Position numbers and translations under genes: made by a program. From an uncultured archaeon (GTDB taxonomy: Archaea > Iainarchaeota > Iainarchaeia > Iainarchaeales > Iainarchaeaceae), in assembly GCA_964577555.1 (NCBI GenBank), contig CAZNZM010000002.1, positions 33,012 to 65,011 of the forward strand: 32,000 bases of DNA, in the 5' to 3' direction. Below, piece by piece: positions 1 through 8,282 of the stretch; position 1 is the first letter of the stretch; every line of letters starts with the position of its first letter. Below the pieces are notes generated by a model. That model was given only the letters and a program-made list of their open reading frames with translations, searched no databases and was not told the origin of the DNA.

Positions 1-339
1 GTTGTTTCAAATTCGAGGCGTGATTTTATTAATTGGGTTCTTGGAAGGGTTTGCAATAATTGTAAGTTTGATGTTGTTGTTTCGGCTGATGATGTTGTAA
101 ATGGCAAGCCTGATCCTGAGTGTTATTTGAAGGCGGCTTCTATTTTTGGTGTCAAGCCTGAAAATTGTGTGGTTATTGAGGATTCTGTTGCCGGCGTGCT
201 TGCTGGAAAGTCTGCCGGCATGAAGGTTGTGGCTCTTACTCATACTCATGACAGGATTTTTTTGTTGGATGCCGATCTTGTTGTTGATTCTTTTAAAGAG
301 CTTTCAGTTGAAAAGTTGAGGGGGCTTTTTGTTGCTTGA
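1..339 (+). CDS. HAD-superfamily hydrolase, C-terminal fragment (gene starts upstream of the window)
   Basis: Frame 1 is open from nt 1 to the stop at 337-339. The translation VVSADDVVNGKPDPECYLKAASIFGVKPENCVVIEDSVAGVLAGKSAGMKVV shows HAD motif III (K-P-x-P) and motif IV (EDSxxG), typical of subfamily IA phosphatases. Confidence 0.8.
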   Translation, partial: VVSNSRRDFINWVLGRVCNNCKFDVVVSADDVVNGKPDPECYLKAASIFGVKPENCVVIEDSVAGVLAGKSAGMKVVALTHTHDRIFLLDADLVVDSFKELSVEKLRGLFVA

Positions 340-982
340 AGCCGTGATTTTTGATTTTGATGGCGTGATTGTTGATACTCCTGGAATTTATTTTAAGCAT
401 ATGAAGAAATTGTTGCAAAAGTATCATGCTGATATTTCCAATGAGGATGTTTCAAATCTTGTTGGCAGGCATTTTGAAGAGGAATTGGATTATATAAATA
501 AAAAATATGGTTTGAATATTTCGCTTTATGAGTTTGTGGCTGAAACAATAAATTCTGCAAAGGAAGACTTTGCAAAGCTTGTGCTTGATCCTTGTCTTAA
601 AAATTTGCTTGTTGAGCTTTCACAGTTTGGTGTCAAGTTGGCAATTGCTTCAAATGGGCCTAAAAGCAATATAGATTTTATTGTTTCGCGTTTGGGTGTT
701 GGAAAGTATTTTTCTGTAATAATTTCAGGCGATGATGTTGAAAATTATAAGCCTTTTCCTGATGTTTATCTTGCCGCTGTTGAAAGGCTTGGCGTGTCTA
801 AGAGAAATTGTGTTGCTGTTGAGGATACTTTGATTGGCTTGAAGTCTGCTCAATCTGCGGGTTTGAAGGTGGTGGTTATTCCAAATGAGTTTACTGTTTT
901 TTCGGATTTTTCTGGAGCCAGTCTTGTTGCCAAAGGTTTTAATGGTTTAACTTATAAGGTTCTTAATGGGCTGGTGGAATGA
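329..982 (+). CDS. HAD-superfamily hydrolase, subfamily IA (beta-phosphoglucomutase/phosphatase-like)
   Basis: 217-aa ORF with nucleophile motif VIFDFDGVIVDT (DxDG), ASNG, KPFPDVY and VEDTLIGLKSAQSAG. The TTG start overlaps the upstream HAD paralog by 11 nt. The stop overlaps the next start (ATGA at 979-982). Confidence 0.85.
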   Translation: MLLEAVIFDFDGVIVDTPGIYFKHMKKLLQKYHADISNEDVSNLVGRHFEEELDYINKKYGLNISLYEFVAETINSAKEDFAKLVLDPCLKNLLVELSQFGVKLAIASNGPKSNIDFIVSRLGVGKYFSVIISGDDVENYKPFPDVYLAAVERLGVSKRNCVAVEDTLIGLKSAQSAGLKVVVIPNEFTVFSDFSGASLVAKGFNGLTYKVLNGLVE

Positions 983-2202
983 AGATTGCGTTTTTTTCTG
1001 ATACTCATCTTGGTTTTGATGAAAAGGGTGAAAGGGCTGATGATTCTTTTCTTGCTCTTGAATCAGCTATTGAACTTTCAGGCAATCATCGGGCTGATTT
1101 GATTGTTATTTCTGGGGATATTTTTGACATGCGAATTCCTTCTCATTCTGTTCTTTACAAGTCTATTGTTTCTTTTTCCAAGGCAAAGAATTTTTCTTCC
1201 AATGTAATGCTTTCAATTGGAAAGGCTGGTGAAGAGAAGTCTATTTCGTTTTCAGGCATTCCGATTTTAGCAATTCATGGGAATCACGAGTATTTGGGCA
1301 AGGGTGTCAGGTCTGCTCTTGATTTGCTTGATCTTTCTGGTTCGTTGATTTATTTTCATGGAGCCAAAATAGTTGCAAGAAAGGGCTCTGAAAGAGTTTG
1401 TATTTTTGGGCTTGGCGCTGTGCCTGAAAAATCGGCTCTTGATGTTATTAGGTATTGGTCTCCAAAGCCGGAGGAAGGTGCTTCCAATGTTTTGGTTTTG
1501 CATCAGGGTTTTAAGGATTTCATGGCTGTTGATGACGAAATGATTGCTTCGCTTAGCTTGGATGATTTGCCTAAAGGTTTTGATTTGATTGTGAATGGCC
1601 ATTTGCATTGGAGTAGTATTCAGGATTTGGGTGGTTCGATTTTTCTTCTTGCAGGCTCGACAATTCCTACTTCTATTAAAAAGCTTGAAGCTGAAAAATT
1701 GAAGGGTGTTTTTTTCTTTGATACTGTTTCCAAGTCTCTTGATTTTGTGGCTTTGCCTTTTCAAAGGAAAATGTTTTATCATAAAATAGTTTTTTCAGAT
1801 GCAGATGCTGACAAAGTGCTTTCGGAATGTCGTAGTTTTGTTCTTGGTGATTTAAGTGTTTCTGGTGTTTTGAAGCCTCTTATTAGACTTAATCTTGTTG
1901 GCACTTTGAAAAAGGGTCTTTCTAATGCCGATGTTGATTTGGGCCCTTTTATTAATGAATTTTCTTCCAAGACTTTTCTTTCTGTTTCAAAGAATTTTTC
2001 TTCTTCTTCGTTTAAAACAAAAATTTCCGAGTTAAGGGAGTTGCAGAAGGAGAAACTTTCAATTGCTTCTGTTGGTTTTGAGTTGTTGGAAAAAAATCTT
2101 GCTGAAACCGATTTTGGGAAGGAGTTTGACGCCAAAAAACTTTTTGAATTGCTTGGGTCTGACGAGCTTGATGAGGCTATGTATCTTTTTTTGAAATCGT
2201 GA
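979..2202 (+). CDS. mre11: Mre11/SbcD-family metallophosphoesterase (DNA double-strand-break repair nuclease)
   Basis: 407-aa ORF with the calcineurin-like phosphoesterase motifs in order: FFSDTHLG (DxH), SGDIFD (GDxxD), IHGNHE (GNHE), VLHQG and NGHLH (GHxH). No Rad50-like gene is adjacent. Confidence 0.7.
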   Translation: MKIAFFSDTHLGFDEKGERADDSFLALESAIELSGNHRADLIVISGDIFDMRIPSHSVLYKSIVSFSKAKNFSSNVMLSIGKAGEEKSISFSGIPILAIHGNHEYLGKGVRSALDLLDLSGSLIYFHGAKIVARKGSERVCIFGLGAVPEKSALDVIRYWSPKPEEGASNVLVLHQGFKDFMAVDDEMIASLSLDDLPKGFDLIVNGHLHWSSIQDLGGSIFLLAGSTIPTSIKKLEAEKLKGVFFFDTVSKSLDFVALPFQRKMFYHKIVFSDADADKVLSECRSFVLGDLSVSGVLKPLIRLNLVGTLKKGLSNADVDLGPFINEFSSKTFLSVSKNFSSSSFKTKISELRELQKEKLSIASVGFELLEKNLAETDFGKEFDAKKLFELLGSDELDEAMYLFLKS

Positions 2203-2699
2203 TTTGTTTTTTTTGTAGAATGTTTTTTGTTCAAATCATTTTTTTTAATTTTTTTATTTTTTTTCGCTGGCTTTTTTTAGAAGTTTTTTTCAAGATTTTT
2301 TTATTGGTTTTTTTGTTTTTTTTAATTTGTTTATTTTTTTTGCGAGCCAAGTATTTTAAGTGTGTTTTTTTGTGTGAAACTTTTTTTTTGTGATTTGTGT
2401 TTTTAGGTAATTTGTTTTTTAGACATTTTTTTATTTTTTTAATTATTTTTTTAAAAATAATTTTGTTTTTTTGCGAGCCGTTTTTTTGTTGTTTTTTTTT
2501 GGATTCTTTTTTGCGGGACGATTTTTTTGTTATTTTTTTGTGAATTTGTTTTTTTTAAGTTTGTTTCGGAATTATGTTTTTTTTGTGCAATTTTATTTTT
2601 TTGTGGTTTTTTTTTGGCTATTTTTTGCGAGCCGTTTTTTTTTAATTTTGTTTTTTTGTTTTAGCCACTTTTTTTGTCATTTTTTTTGAATTGTTTTTT
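2203..2699 (+). repeat. T-tract island A (non-coding, T-rich on + strand, three exact GCGAGCC cores)
   Basis: 497-bp spacer between two converging 3' ends. It consists of runs of 5-10 T separated by short G/C words. GCGAGCC occurs at 2342-2348, 2473-2479 and 2627-2633, each flanked by T runs (T7-GCGAGCC-G-T7 at 2466-2487). A hand count of 2221-2280 gives 41 T in 60 nt. Confidence 0.8.
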
Positions 2700-4079
2700 T
2701 TATTCTTTTTTTAGGAATTCGGCGTAGTTTACCATGTGCATTATGGATTTTGCCGCTGAGCCGGGGTAGTCGTATGTTGTGAATCCGTGTTCTTCTATTT
2801 TTTTTAGTTGTTCTGCGGTGTATTCTCCTCCTACTGCAACAACTATTATTGGTTTGCTCGTGTTTTCTCTTGCTTGTTTTAGTATTGTGAGTTCGTCCGC
2901 GTTTAATGTTGAGAGTGTGAATAATATCATTATTACTATTATGTCTACGTTGTTGTCTTCTATGCATGCTTTGATTGCAATGTCGTATTTTTTGGCGTCT
3001 GCGTCTCCTAAAAGGTCAAGCGGGTTTGAGATTTTTATTTTCAGTTCTTGTTCTAGTTTTTCTTTTGTTTTTTCGCTGAGTGTTGCTAGTTCCATTTGTC
3101 TGTTTATTATGTGGTCTGCCATTACTATTCCGAATCCTCCTCCGTTTGTGATTATTTGTACTTTTTTGCCTTTTGGGAGGGGTTCGTTTTCAAGTATTTT
3201 TGCTGTTGAAAACAGGTCTTGTATTCCAAACGCTGATATTATGCCTGCTTGGTGGAAGACTGCTTCGTATACTTTTGCCGATCCTGCGAGTGAGCCGGTG
3301 TGTGAGATTGCTGCTTTGCTTGTTTCTTCGTGTTTTCCGCCTTTTAGTATTATGATTGGTTTTTTTTTGGCGACTTTTTTTGCTGTTTCAAAAAATTTTC
3401 TTCCGTTTTTTGCTCCTTCTAAGTACATTGTAATGACTTTTGTTCCTTTGTCTTCTCCAAAGTATTCGAGTAAATCTGATTCGTCTATGTCCATTGCGTT
3501 TCCGTATGATGCGAATTTGTTTAATCCGAATCTTTGTGTTGCAGCCCAGTCGAGTATCATTGAACCAAGTGCTCCGGATTGTGATATGAATGACAAGGTT
3601 CCTTTTGCAGGGCTTTTCATTCTTGTGTTTTCAAAAAACGTGGTGTCTATTCCGCTTTCTGTTGATTTTACTCCTACGCAATTTGGGCCCATTACTCTTG
3701 TTTGAGGGTATTTGTTTATTATTTGTCTTATCTTTTCGGTTAATTCTTTTTCTCCTGTTTCTGAAAATCCTGCGCTTATTATTATTGTTGCTTTTATTTG
3801 CATTTCTGCGCATTCTTCAAGTGTTTTTGGGACGAATTCTTTTGGCACTGCGATTATTGCAAGGTCTATGTTGTCTGGGACGGCTTTTATTGAGGAGTAT
3901 GCTTTTGTTCCTTGTATTGTAGTGTATTTTGGGTTTATTGGGTATGCTTTGTCTTTAAGAGCGTTTTTTATGTTTTTAAAAATAGTGTATCCTACGCTGT
4001 TTTCGTTGTTTGAGGCGCCTATTACTGCAGCGGTTTTTGGGTTGAAGAATTTGTCTATTGATTCTATGTTTTGTTTCAT
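2700..4079 (-). CDS. acdA: Acetate--CoA ligase (ADP-forming) alpha subunit / CoA-binding succinyl-CoA-synthetase-like protein
   Basis: 459-aa ORF. It has the N-terminal CoA-binding motif PKTAAVIGASNNENSVGY, MGPNCVG, FISQSGALG and the phosphohistidine-loop-like AISHTGSLAGS. Length and motif order match ACD alpha subunits. Confidence 0.8.
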   Translation of the reverse strand: MKQNIESIDKFFNPKTAAVIGASNNENSVGYTIFKNIKNALKDKAYPINPKYTTIQGTKAYSSIKAVPDNIDLAIIAVPKEFVPKTLEECAEMQIKATIIISAGFSETGEKELTEKIRQIINKYPQTRVMGPNCVGVKSTESGIDTTFFENTRMKSPAKGTLSFISQSGALGSMILDWAATQRFGLNKFASYGNAMDIDESDLLEYFGEDKGTKVITMYLEGAKNGRKFFETAKKVAKKKPIIILKGGKHEETSKAAISHTGSLAGSAKVYEAVFHQAGIISAFGIQDLFSTAKILENEPLPKGKKVQIITNGGGFGIVMADHIINRQMELATLSEKTKEKLEQELKIKISNPLDLLGDADAKKYDIAIKACIEDNNVDIIVIMILFTLSTLNADELTILKQARENTSKPIIVVAVGGEYTAEQLKKIEEHGFTTYDYPGSAAKSIMHMVNYAEFLKKE

Positions 4080-4231
4080 AATTGATAATAAATATTTTAA
4101 CGATTATTAAGCTTTCTAATTGCATGAAGTTTGGTGTAATTTCAAGAATTGAGTTGTTTTATGTTGTTTTACAATTGTTGATTGGGGTTAAGTGTTTGTT
4201 TTTTTTCTTTTTTTATGGGCGCGGGAGGGCA

Positions 4232-4558
4232 ATGCCTTTTAGTTTGTTTGATTTTCCATCTGATGCTTTGTTTTTTGATTTTGTTTTTCATGAGTTGATG
4301 CATGTTTTGATAGGTTTGCTTGCTTTGGTTTATGGAATGAACGTTCCTGAATTTAGGGTTGGTTTTTTGCTTCCTCGGATTTTTTTTGCTGTTTTTATTC
4401 ATAATTTTTTTTATTGGTTGACTAATGTTCATCCAAGCGTTATTTATTCTGTTATTGATTTTGGTTCTGATTCGGTAATTTTATTGAGTTTTGTTTTTAC
4501 TGGCTTTTTATTGGGTAAGTGGAATAAATTAAAAGCTTTTAAAGTTCCTTTTTTTTAG
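4232..4558 (+). CDS. Small hydrophobic protein with an HExxH motif (hypothetical)
   Basis: ATG at 4232 is preceded by GGGAGGG (4223-4229). The 108-aa product MPFSLFDFPSDALFFDFVFHELMHVLIG... has about 3 hydrophobic segments and HELMH. The track ORF opens at 4082, but that extension lies in the divergent promoter region. Confidence 0.45.
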   Translation: MPFSLFDFPSDALFFDFVFHELMHVLIGLLALVYGMNVPEFRVGFLLPRIFFAVFIHNFFYWLTNVHPSVIYSVIDFGSDSVILLSFVFTGFLLGKWNKLKAFKVPFF

Positions 4559-4876
4559 TATTTTTTTTGTTTGTCTTTTGGCTTGTTTTTGCAAGCCATG
4601 TTTGTTTTGTAAGCAGTTTTTTTGCAGAGACATTTTTTTCATTTTTTTTGAAATTAATTTTATTTTTGTATTTGTTTTGGCTGGTAGTTTTTTTGTGAAG
4701 CCATTTTTTTTAGGCATTTTTATTTTTTTGATCTAAATTATTTTTTGTCTTTTTTTTGGTAAAAAATGTTTTTTTATTGTTTGCTTTTTTGCAAGCTGTT
4801 TATTTTTTTTGAAAAAATAATTTTTTTGTTTTTGGTCGTTTTTTTTTGCGAGCCGTTTTAGGCAATTTTATTTTTT
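4559..4876 (+). repeat. T-tract island B (non-coding, T-rich on + strand)
   Basis: 318-bp spacer between converging 3' ends (small membrane protein gene on +, top6A on -). GCGAGCC at 4848-4854 is preceded by T9. Variants are GCAAGCC at 4591-4597 and GCAAGCT at 4791-4797. Confidence 0.75.
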
Positions 4877-5965
4877 TTATGGTAAAAAGTCTTCTTCTTT
4901 GATTTTTTTTGGCACGTATTCTTCTGTTATGAATCTTATTCCTTTTTTGCTTAGTGCTTCTAATTCCAGTTTTACTGCTTTTTGTCTCATGTTTGTGAAT
5001 TCTTCTTTCCATTGTTTTGCTTGGAACCATTCGTAATTTTCCATTTCTTTTAGCCTTTTAGCGTCTAGTTGGTTGAGTTTGATTGTGACTTCTTTTGGTA
5101 TTTTGAATTTTTCAATGTCTAGTGTTGTTAGTCCTACAAATTTTGCTGCTGGAGTTGCCAGTTTTTCTTCTGAGTATGAAAGCGATATTGAGCCTTGTTT
5201 TATTACTGAGTATATGTACATTCCCCATGGGTCTGCATCGCAGAGCACGTATAATGGCAAGCCGTATTCTTTGTTTAGTCTTTGTGCAAGCCTTCTTTCT
5301 CCTCTTCCTGGTTGGCCTCTTCCTGTTAGTATTATGCATTTGTGTTTTTTCCAGAATTGGTCTTCGTTGAATCTTCTCCATACTGCGTCTTTTTCAATGA
5401 ATAGTATGTATTCTGCGTTGACTTTTTTGAATTCTATGTTGTCTGGTTCAACGTTTGATGGTACGCTCCATCCGCCTGAGCCCATTTTTGTTAGGTCTAT
5501 GTTGTCTTTTCCGTCTCTGAGTTGTATGTCTCCTGCGATTATTCCTTTTGCTGAAGCCGCTAAGTGTAGTTCTTCTCTTAAGAGGTCTAGTGATGCTTCT
5601 ATGTCTTCGATGCATGGGTCTGATTCTGATTGTTCTTCAAAGGTGTTTTCGTTTGTGCCTTCTATTGTGTGTTTTAGTGCGTAGTAAAGATCCCTAATGC
5701 TTACTGTTGCTTTTGCTTCTATGACTTTTTTTATTTCTGCTGCTACGAGTATTGTTTGCATGAATTTTCTGCTGTGTGCAATGTTGAGGAATTGCCTCTC
5801 TGACATTTTGTCCCCGAGTTTTATTGTGCCGGTTTTTTTGTCAAAGAAGACGTTTCCTAGTGTTCTTACTGGCACTGCGTATGTTGGTCCTTTTCCTGCT
5901 TCTATTTGTTTTAGCAGTGTTGTTCCTATGTTTTCAAGTTTTTGTTGTACCTCTTTGTCCGCCAT
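4877..5965 (-). CDS. top6A: DNA topoisomerase VI subunit A (Spo11-like)
   Basis: 362-aa ORF. The catalytic-tyrosine region is VSIRDLYYALKH, and the Toprim acidic cluster is YVLCDADPWGMYIYSVIKQGS. It lies 2 nt downstream of top6B. Confidence 0.95.
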   Translation of the reverse strand: MADKEVQQKLENIGTTLLKQIEAGKGPTYAVPVRTLGNVFFDKKTGTIKLGDKMSERQFLNIAHSRKFMQTILVAAEIKKVIEAKATVSIRDLYYALKHTIEGTNENTFEEQSESDPCIEDIEASLDLLREELHLAASAKGIIAGDIQLRDGKDNIDLTKMGSGGWSVPSNVEPDNIEFKKVNAEYILFIEKDAVWRRFNEDQFWKKHKCIILTGRGQPGRGERRLAQRLNKEYGLPLYVLCDADPWGMYIYSVIKQGSISLSYSEEKLATPAAKFVGLTTLDIEKFKIPKEVTIKLNQLDAKRLKEMENYEWFQAKQWKEEFTNMRQKAVKLELEALSKKGIRFITEEYVPKKIKEEDFLP

Positions 5966-5967
5966 TT

Positions 5968-7704
5968 TTACTCACTCTCTTCTTCAAATCTTTGTTTATT
6001 TTTTGTTTTTTCTTTTGCTTTTTTTTCTTTTTCTTTTATTTTTTCAAAATTTTTTTCAATTTCTTCTTCTGTTGGTTCTCCTTTTGCTTCTAATTCTTTT
6101 TCTTTTTGTTCTTCTAGCTTAAGGTGTTTTAGCACTATGTTGTGGAGTTTTTCTTCTATTTCTTTTTTGTTCTTTTTTGTCAGTTCTGCTATTGCTGTTG
6201 CTACTTCGCTTGCGTATTTGTAGTACATTTTTCTTTTTGCTTCTTTTTCTGCTTGTCTTCTTACCATGCCAACGTAGTGGTATATTTTTCTTCCTGTTTC
6301 CATGATGGCTAATCTCAATTCTTCCATTATTTCGTCTTCGTCGCTTATTGCTTGTTTTCCTGCGCTTGTGTATGGTATGTGTACTGATATTAGGTTGACA
6401 AATATTGTGAGTGGCGCGTTTTCATAGTCTTTTAGTCCGTATCTTTTCCAGTCAATTGTTTGTATTGCTTTTGTTATTGCGCATCCGCCTTGATCGAATA
6501 GCAGTGGCGCTCTGTTTGCGAATCTCATTATTTCTATTTTTCTTGTTTTTTGTCCTTCTTCGTTTGTTTCTCCTTCTTTGCCTGCATTTCCGCCGTATGC
6601 TATTCCTACTTCTATTTGGAATGGAAATCCGCCTTTATATACTGCTGGTTTTCTTGTTACAACTGAGATGAATTCTGGTTTTACTATTGATTCGAGGCTT
6701 TTTTTTATTCTTTCTTCTCCTATTGGCAAGAGTCCGTCTGTGCGTGGCGCTATGAATGTCATTTTTTTGAATTGTTGTATTATTTCTTCCGCTTCTTCCC
6801 AGGTTAGTTGGTGGGGGTCTTTGTTGAGGTCAAATTTTAGGTTTTTTTGCATTTCTTCGATTGATTTGTCGCCTATTCTGTCGAATGTGTTTTTTAAAAA
6901 GGTTGAGACTTTTTTTGCTTCCGTGTACTTTGCAAGGGTATAGACTTCGTCCACGTTTACTCCTTTTGGATGTGGTTTCATTTCTATTGGTTTTCCAGGT
7001 AGTTCTTTGAGTGTTCTTTTGAAAATTGTTTTTTCTCCTGTGGGTTCTATGAATATTATTTGTGCGTGCGGGTTTGCTATTGCTGTCCTTCTTAAGTATT
7101 CTAATGGTGCTTGATCTGAATTTACGTATTTTACTCCTTTGAATTTTGCTTTTATTATTGTGCCTCTGAATTCTTTGTTTATTTCTTGCAAGTTGGATAT
7201 TTTTGGTTCGTTTTTTTTAGGGTCAATTGTGAGTTCAAGGCTTATAGGTTTTCCTTTGCCTGTTCCTGTAATGACTTGTACTGCTTTTCCTGTTGTTATT
7301 TGTGATAGCATAGTGCATCCTGATGCTCCGATTCCTTGTTGTCCGCGTGTTTGCATCATTCTGTGGAATTTTGTTCCTGCTAAGAGTTTTCCAAGAGCTT
7401 TGCCTACTGTTTCTTGTGTCAAGCCAGGCCCGTTGTCTTTTACAATGACTTCGTAATATTCTTCTCCAAGTTCTTTGATTTGGACTTCTACGTCTGGCAA
7501 TATGTTTGCTTCTTCGCATGCGTCTATTGAGTTTGTAACATATTCGTGGACTATTGTTGTAAGTGTTTTGATTTTTCCGGTTAATCCTAGCATTTGCATG
7601 TTCTTTTTGAAGAATTCGGCCACGCTGTGTTCTTTGAATTCTTTTGCTATTTCTTCGGCTGTTTTGCCGTTGCTTTGTATGTTTTCTTCTGCCATTTTTT
7701 TCAC
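5968..7704 (-). CDS. top6B: DNA topoisomerase VI subunit B (GHKL ATPase)
   Basis: 578-aa ORF with Bergerat-fold motifs EYVTNSIDACEE (N box), VKDNGPGL (G1) and GQQGIGASG (G2). It ends in a K/E-rich acidic-basic tail. The GTG at 7704 overlaps the KH gene stop (GTGA); the ATG at 7695 is an alternative start. Confidence 0.95.
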   Translation of the reverse strand: MKKMAEENIQSNGKTAEEIAKEFKEHSVAEFFKKNMQMLGLTGKIKTLTTIVHEYVTNSIDACEEANILPDVEVQIKELGEEYYEVIVKDNGPGLTQETVGKALGKLLAGTKFHRMMQTRGQQGIGASGCTMLSQITTGKAVQVITGTGKGKPISLELTIDPKKNEPKISNLQEINKEFRGTIIKAKFKGVKYVNSDQAPLEYLRRTAIANPHAQIIFIEPTGEKTIFKRTLKELPGKPIEMKPHPKGVNVDEVYTLAKYTEAKKVSTFLKNTFDRIGDKSIEEMQKNLKFDLNKDPHQLTWEEAEEIIQQFKKMTFIAPRTDGLLPIGEERIKKSLESIVKPEFISVVTRKPAVYKGGFPFQIEVGIAYGGNAGKEGETNEEGQKTRKIEIMRFANRAPLLFDQGGCAITKAIQTIDWKRYGLKDYENAPLTIFVNLISVHIPYTSAGKQAISDEDEIMEELRLAIMETGRKIYHYVGMVRRQAEKEAKRKMYYKYASEVATAIAELTKKNKKEIEEKLHNIVLKHLKLEEQKEKELEAKGEPTEEEIEKNFEKIKEKEKKAKEKTKNKQRFEEESE

Positions 7705-8234
7705 AATTCAAATTTTTGATTGTTGTAATGTCTTTTTAAAGATTCGTATGCCATGTTGTGTGTTGCTCCGCCCAAGAGCATTTCTATTGCGCTTTTTGCT
7801 TTTTCGACTCCTTCTGGTTTGCCTATTATTGATATGGTTTTGCCGTAAACCGATATTTTTGTTCCTGTTTCTTTTTCTATTTCTTCTCTTGCTTCTCCTT
7901 TGCTGCCTATTACTCTTCCTTTTTTTGCTTTCATTCTGTTTTCGCTTTTTCCGAGTATTTCTCTTAATTCAATTATTTCGAGTGTTGTTTCGTCTTGCAG
8001 TAGTTTGAAAGCGTTTTCCGGTGAAAATCCTCGCCCTATTGCTTTTACTATATTCATTGCTTTGAGAAAGCCGATTGGGTTGCCTTTCATTTGTATTTCG
8101 ACTTCTCCTGAATTGCTGTCAATTTCAATTTTTGTATGCGTAGTTTTGGCTATGTATGTTTTTGTTTTTCCTTTTTGTCCTATTAAGACTCCTATGCGTT
8201 CGTGCGGTATCAAGAGAAATTCCGTGTTTTGCAT
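7701..8234 (-). CDS. KH-domain RNA-binding protein (two type-1 KH domains, Pno1/Dim2-like)
   Basis: 177-aa ORF with two GxxG KH loops (GVLIGQKGKTK and GRVIGSKGEARE). A KH protein next to a RIO kinase and aIF-1A is a common archaeal neighbourhood. Confidence 0.8.
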   Translation of the reverse strand: MQNTEFLLIPHERIGVLIGQKGKTKTYIAKTTHTKIEIDSNSGEVEIQMKGNPIGFLKAMNIVKAIGRGFSPENAFKLLQDETTLEIIELREILGKSENRMKAKKGRVIGSKGEAREEIEKETGTKISVYGKTISIIGKPEGVEKAKSAIEMLLGGATHNMAYESLKRHYNNQKFEL

Positions 8235-8282
8235 TTTAATGATAAAATATGTTGAAGTATTATTAAGTTATTGTCTTTCCTG

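Noticed and set aside
2199-2689. Phe/Leu-rich + strand ORFs in island A (2199-2393 and 2471-2689)
   Set aside because: They are translations of T-runs with extreme low complexity (FFFF strings). They have no start context and no codon structure. Equivalent ORFs appear in every island (8392-8709, 19168-19434, 24443-24631), as expected for T-rich DNA, which lacks the stop codons of that frame.
2779-3705. Long antisense ORFs inside real genes (2779-3705 at 308 aa, 5073-5684, 1267-1782, 27698-28324, 12238-12567)
   Set aside because: Each lies fully inside a gene with clear family motifs on the opposite strand. Their products are low-complexity Ser/Phe/Leu- or Lys/Asn-rich sequences, typical of shadow ORFs in AT-rich DNA.
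4082-4231. Upstream 50 codons of the 4082-4558 ORF
   Set aside because: This region starts 2 nt from the divergent acdA start and must hold both promoters. The internal ATG at 4232 has a GGGAGGG ribosome-binding site.
5968-6130. T-rich stretch at 5968-6130 that looks like another island
   Set aside because: It is the antisense of the K/E-rich C-terminal tail of Top6B (EKELEAKGEPTEEEIEKNFEKIKEKEKKAKEKTKNKQ) in a continuous reading frame, and it lacks the GCGAGCC word.
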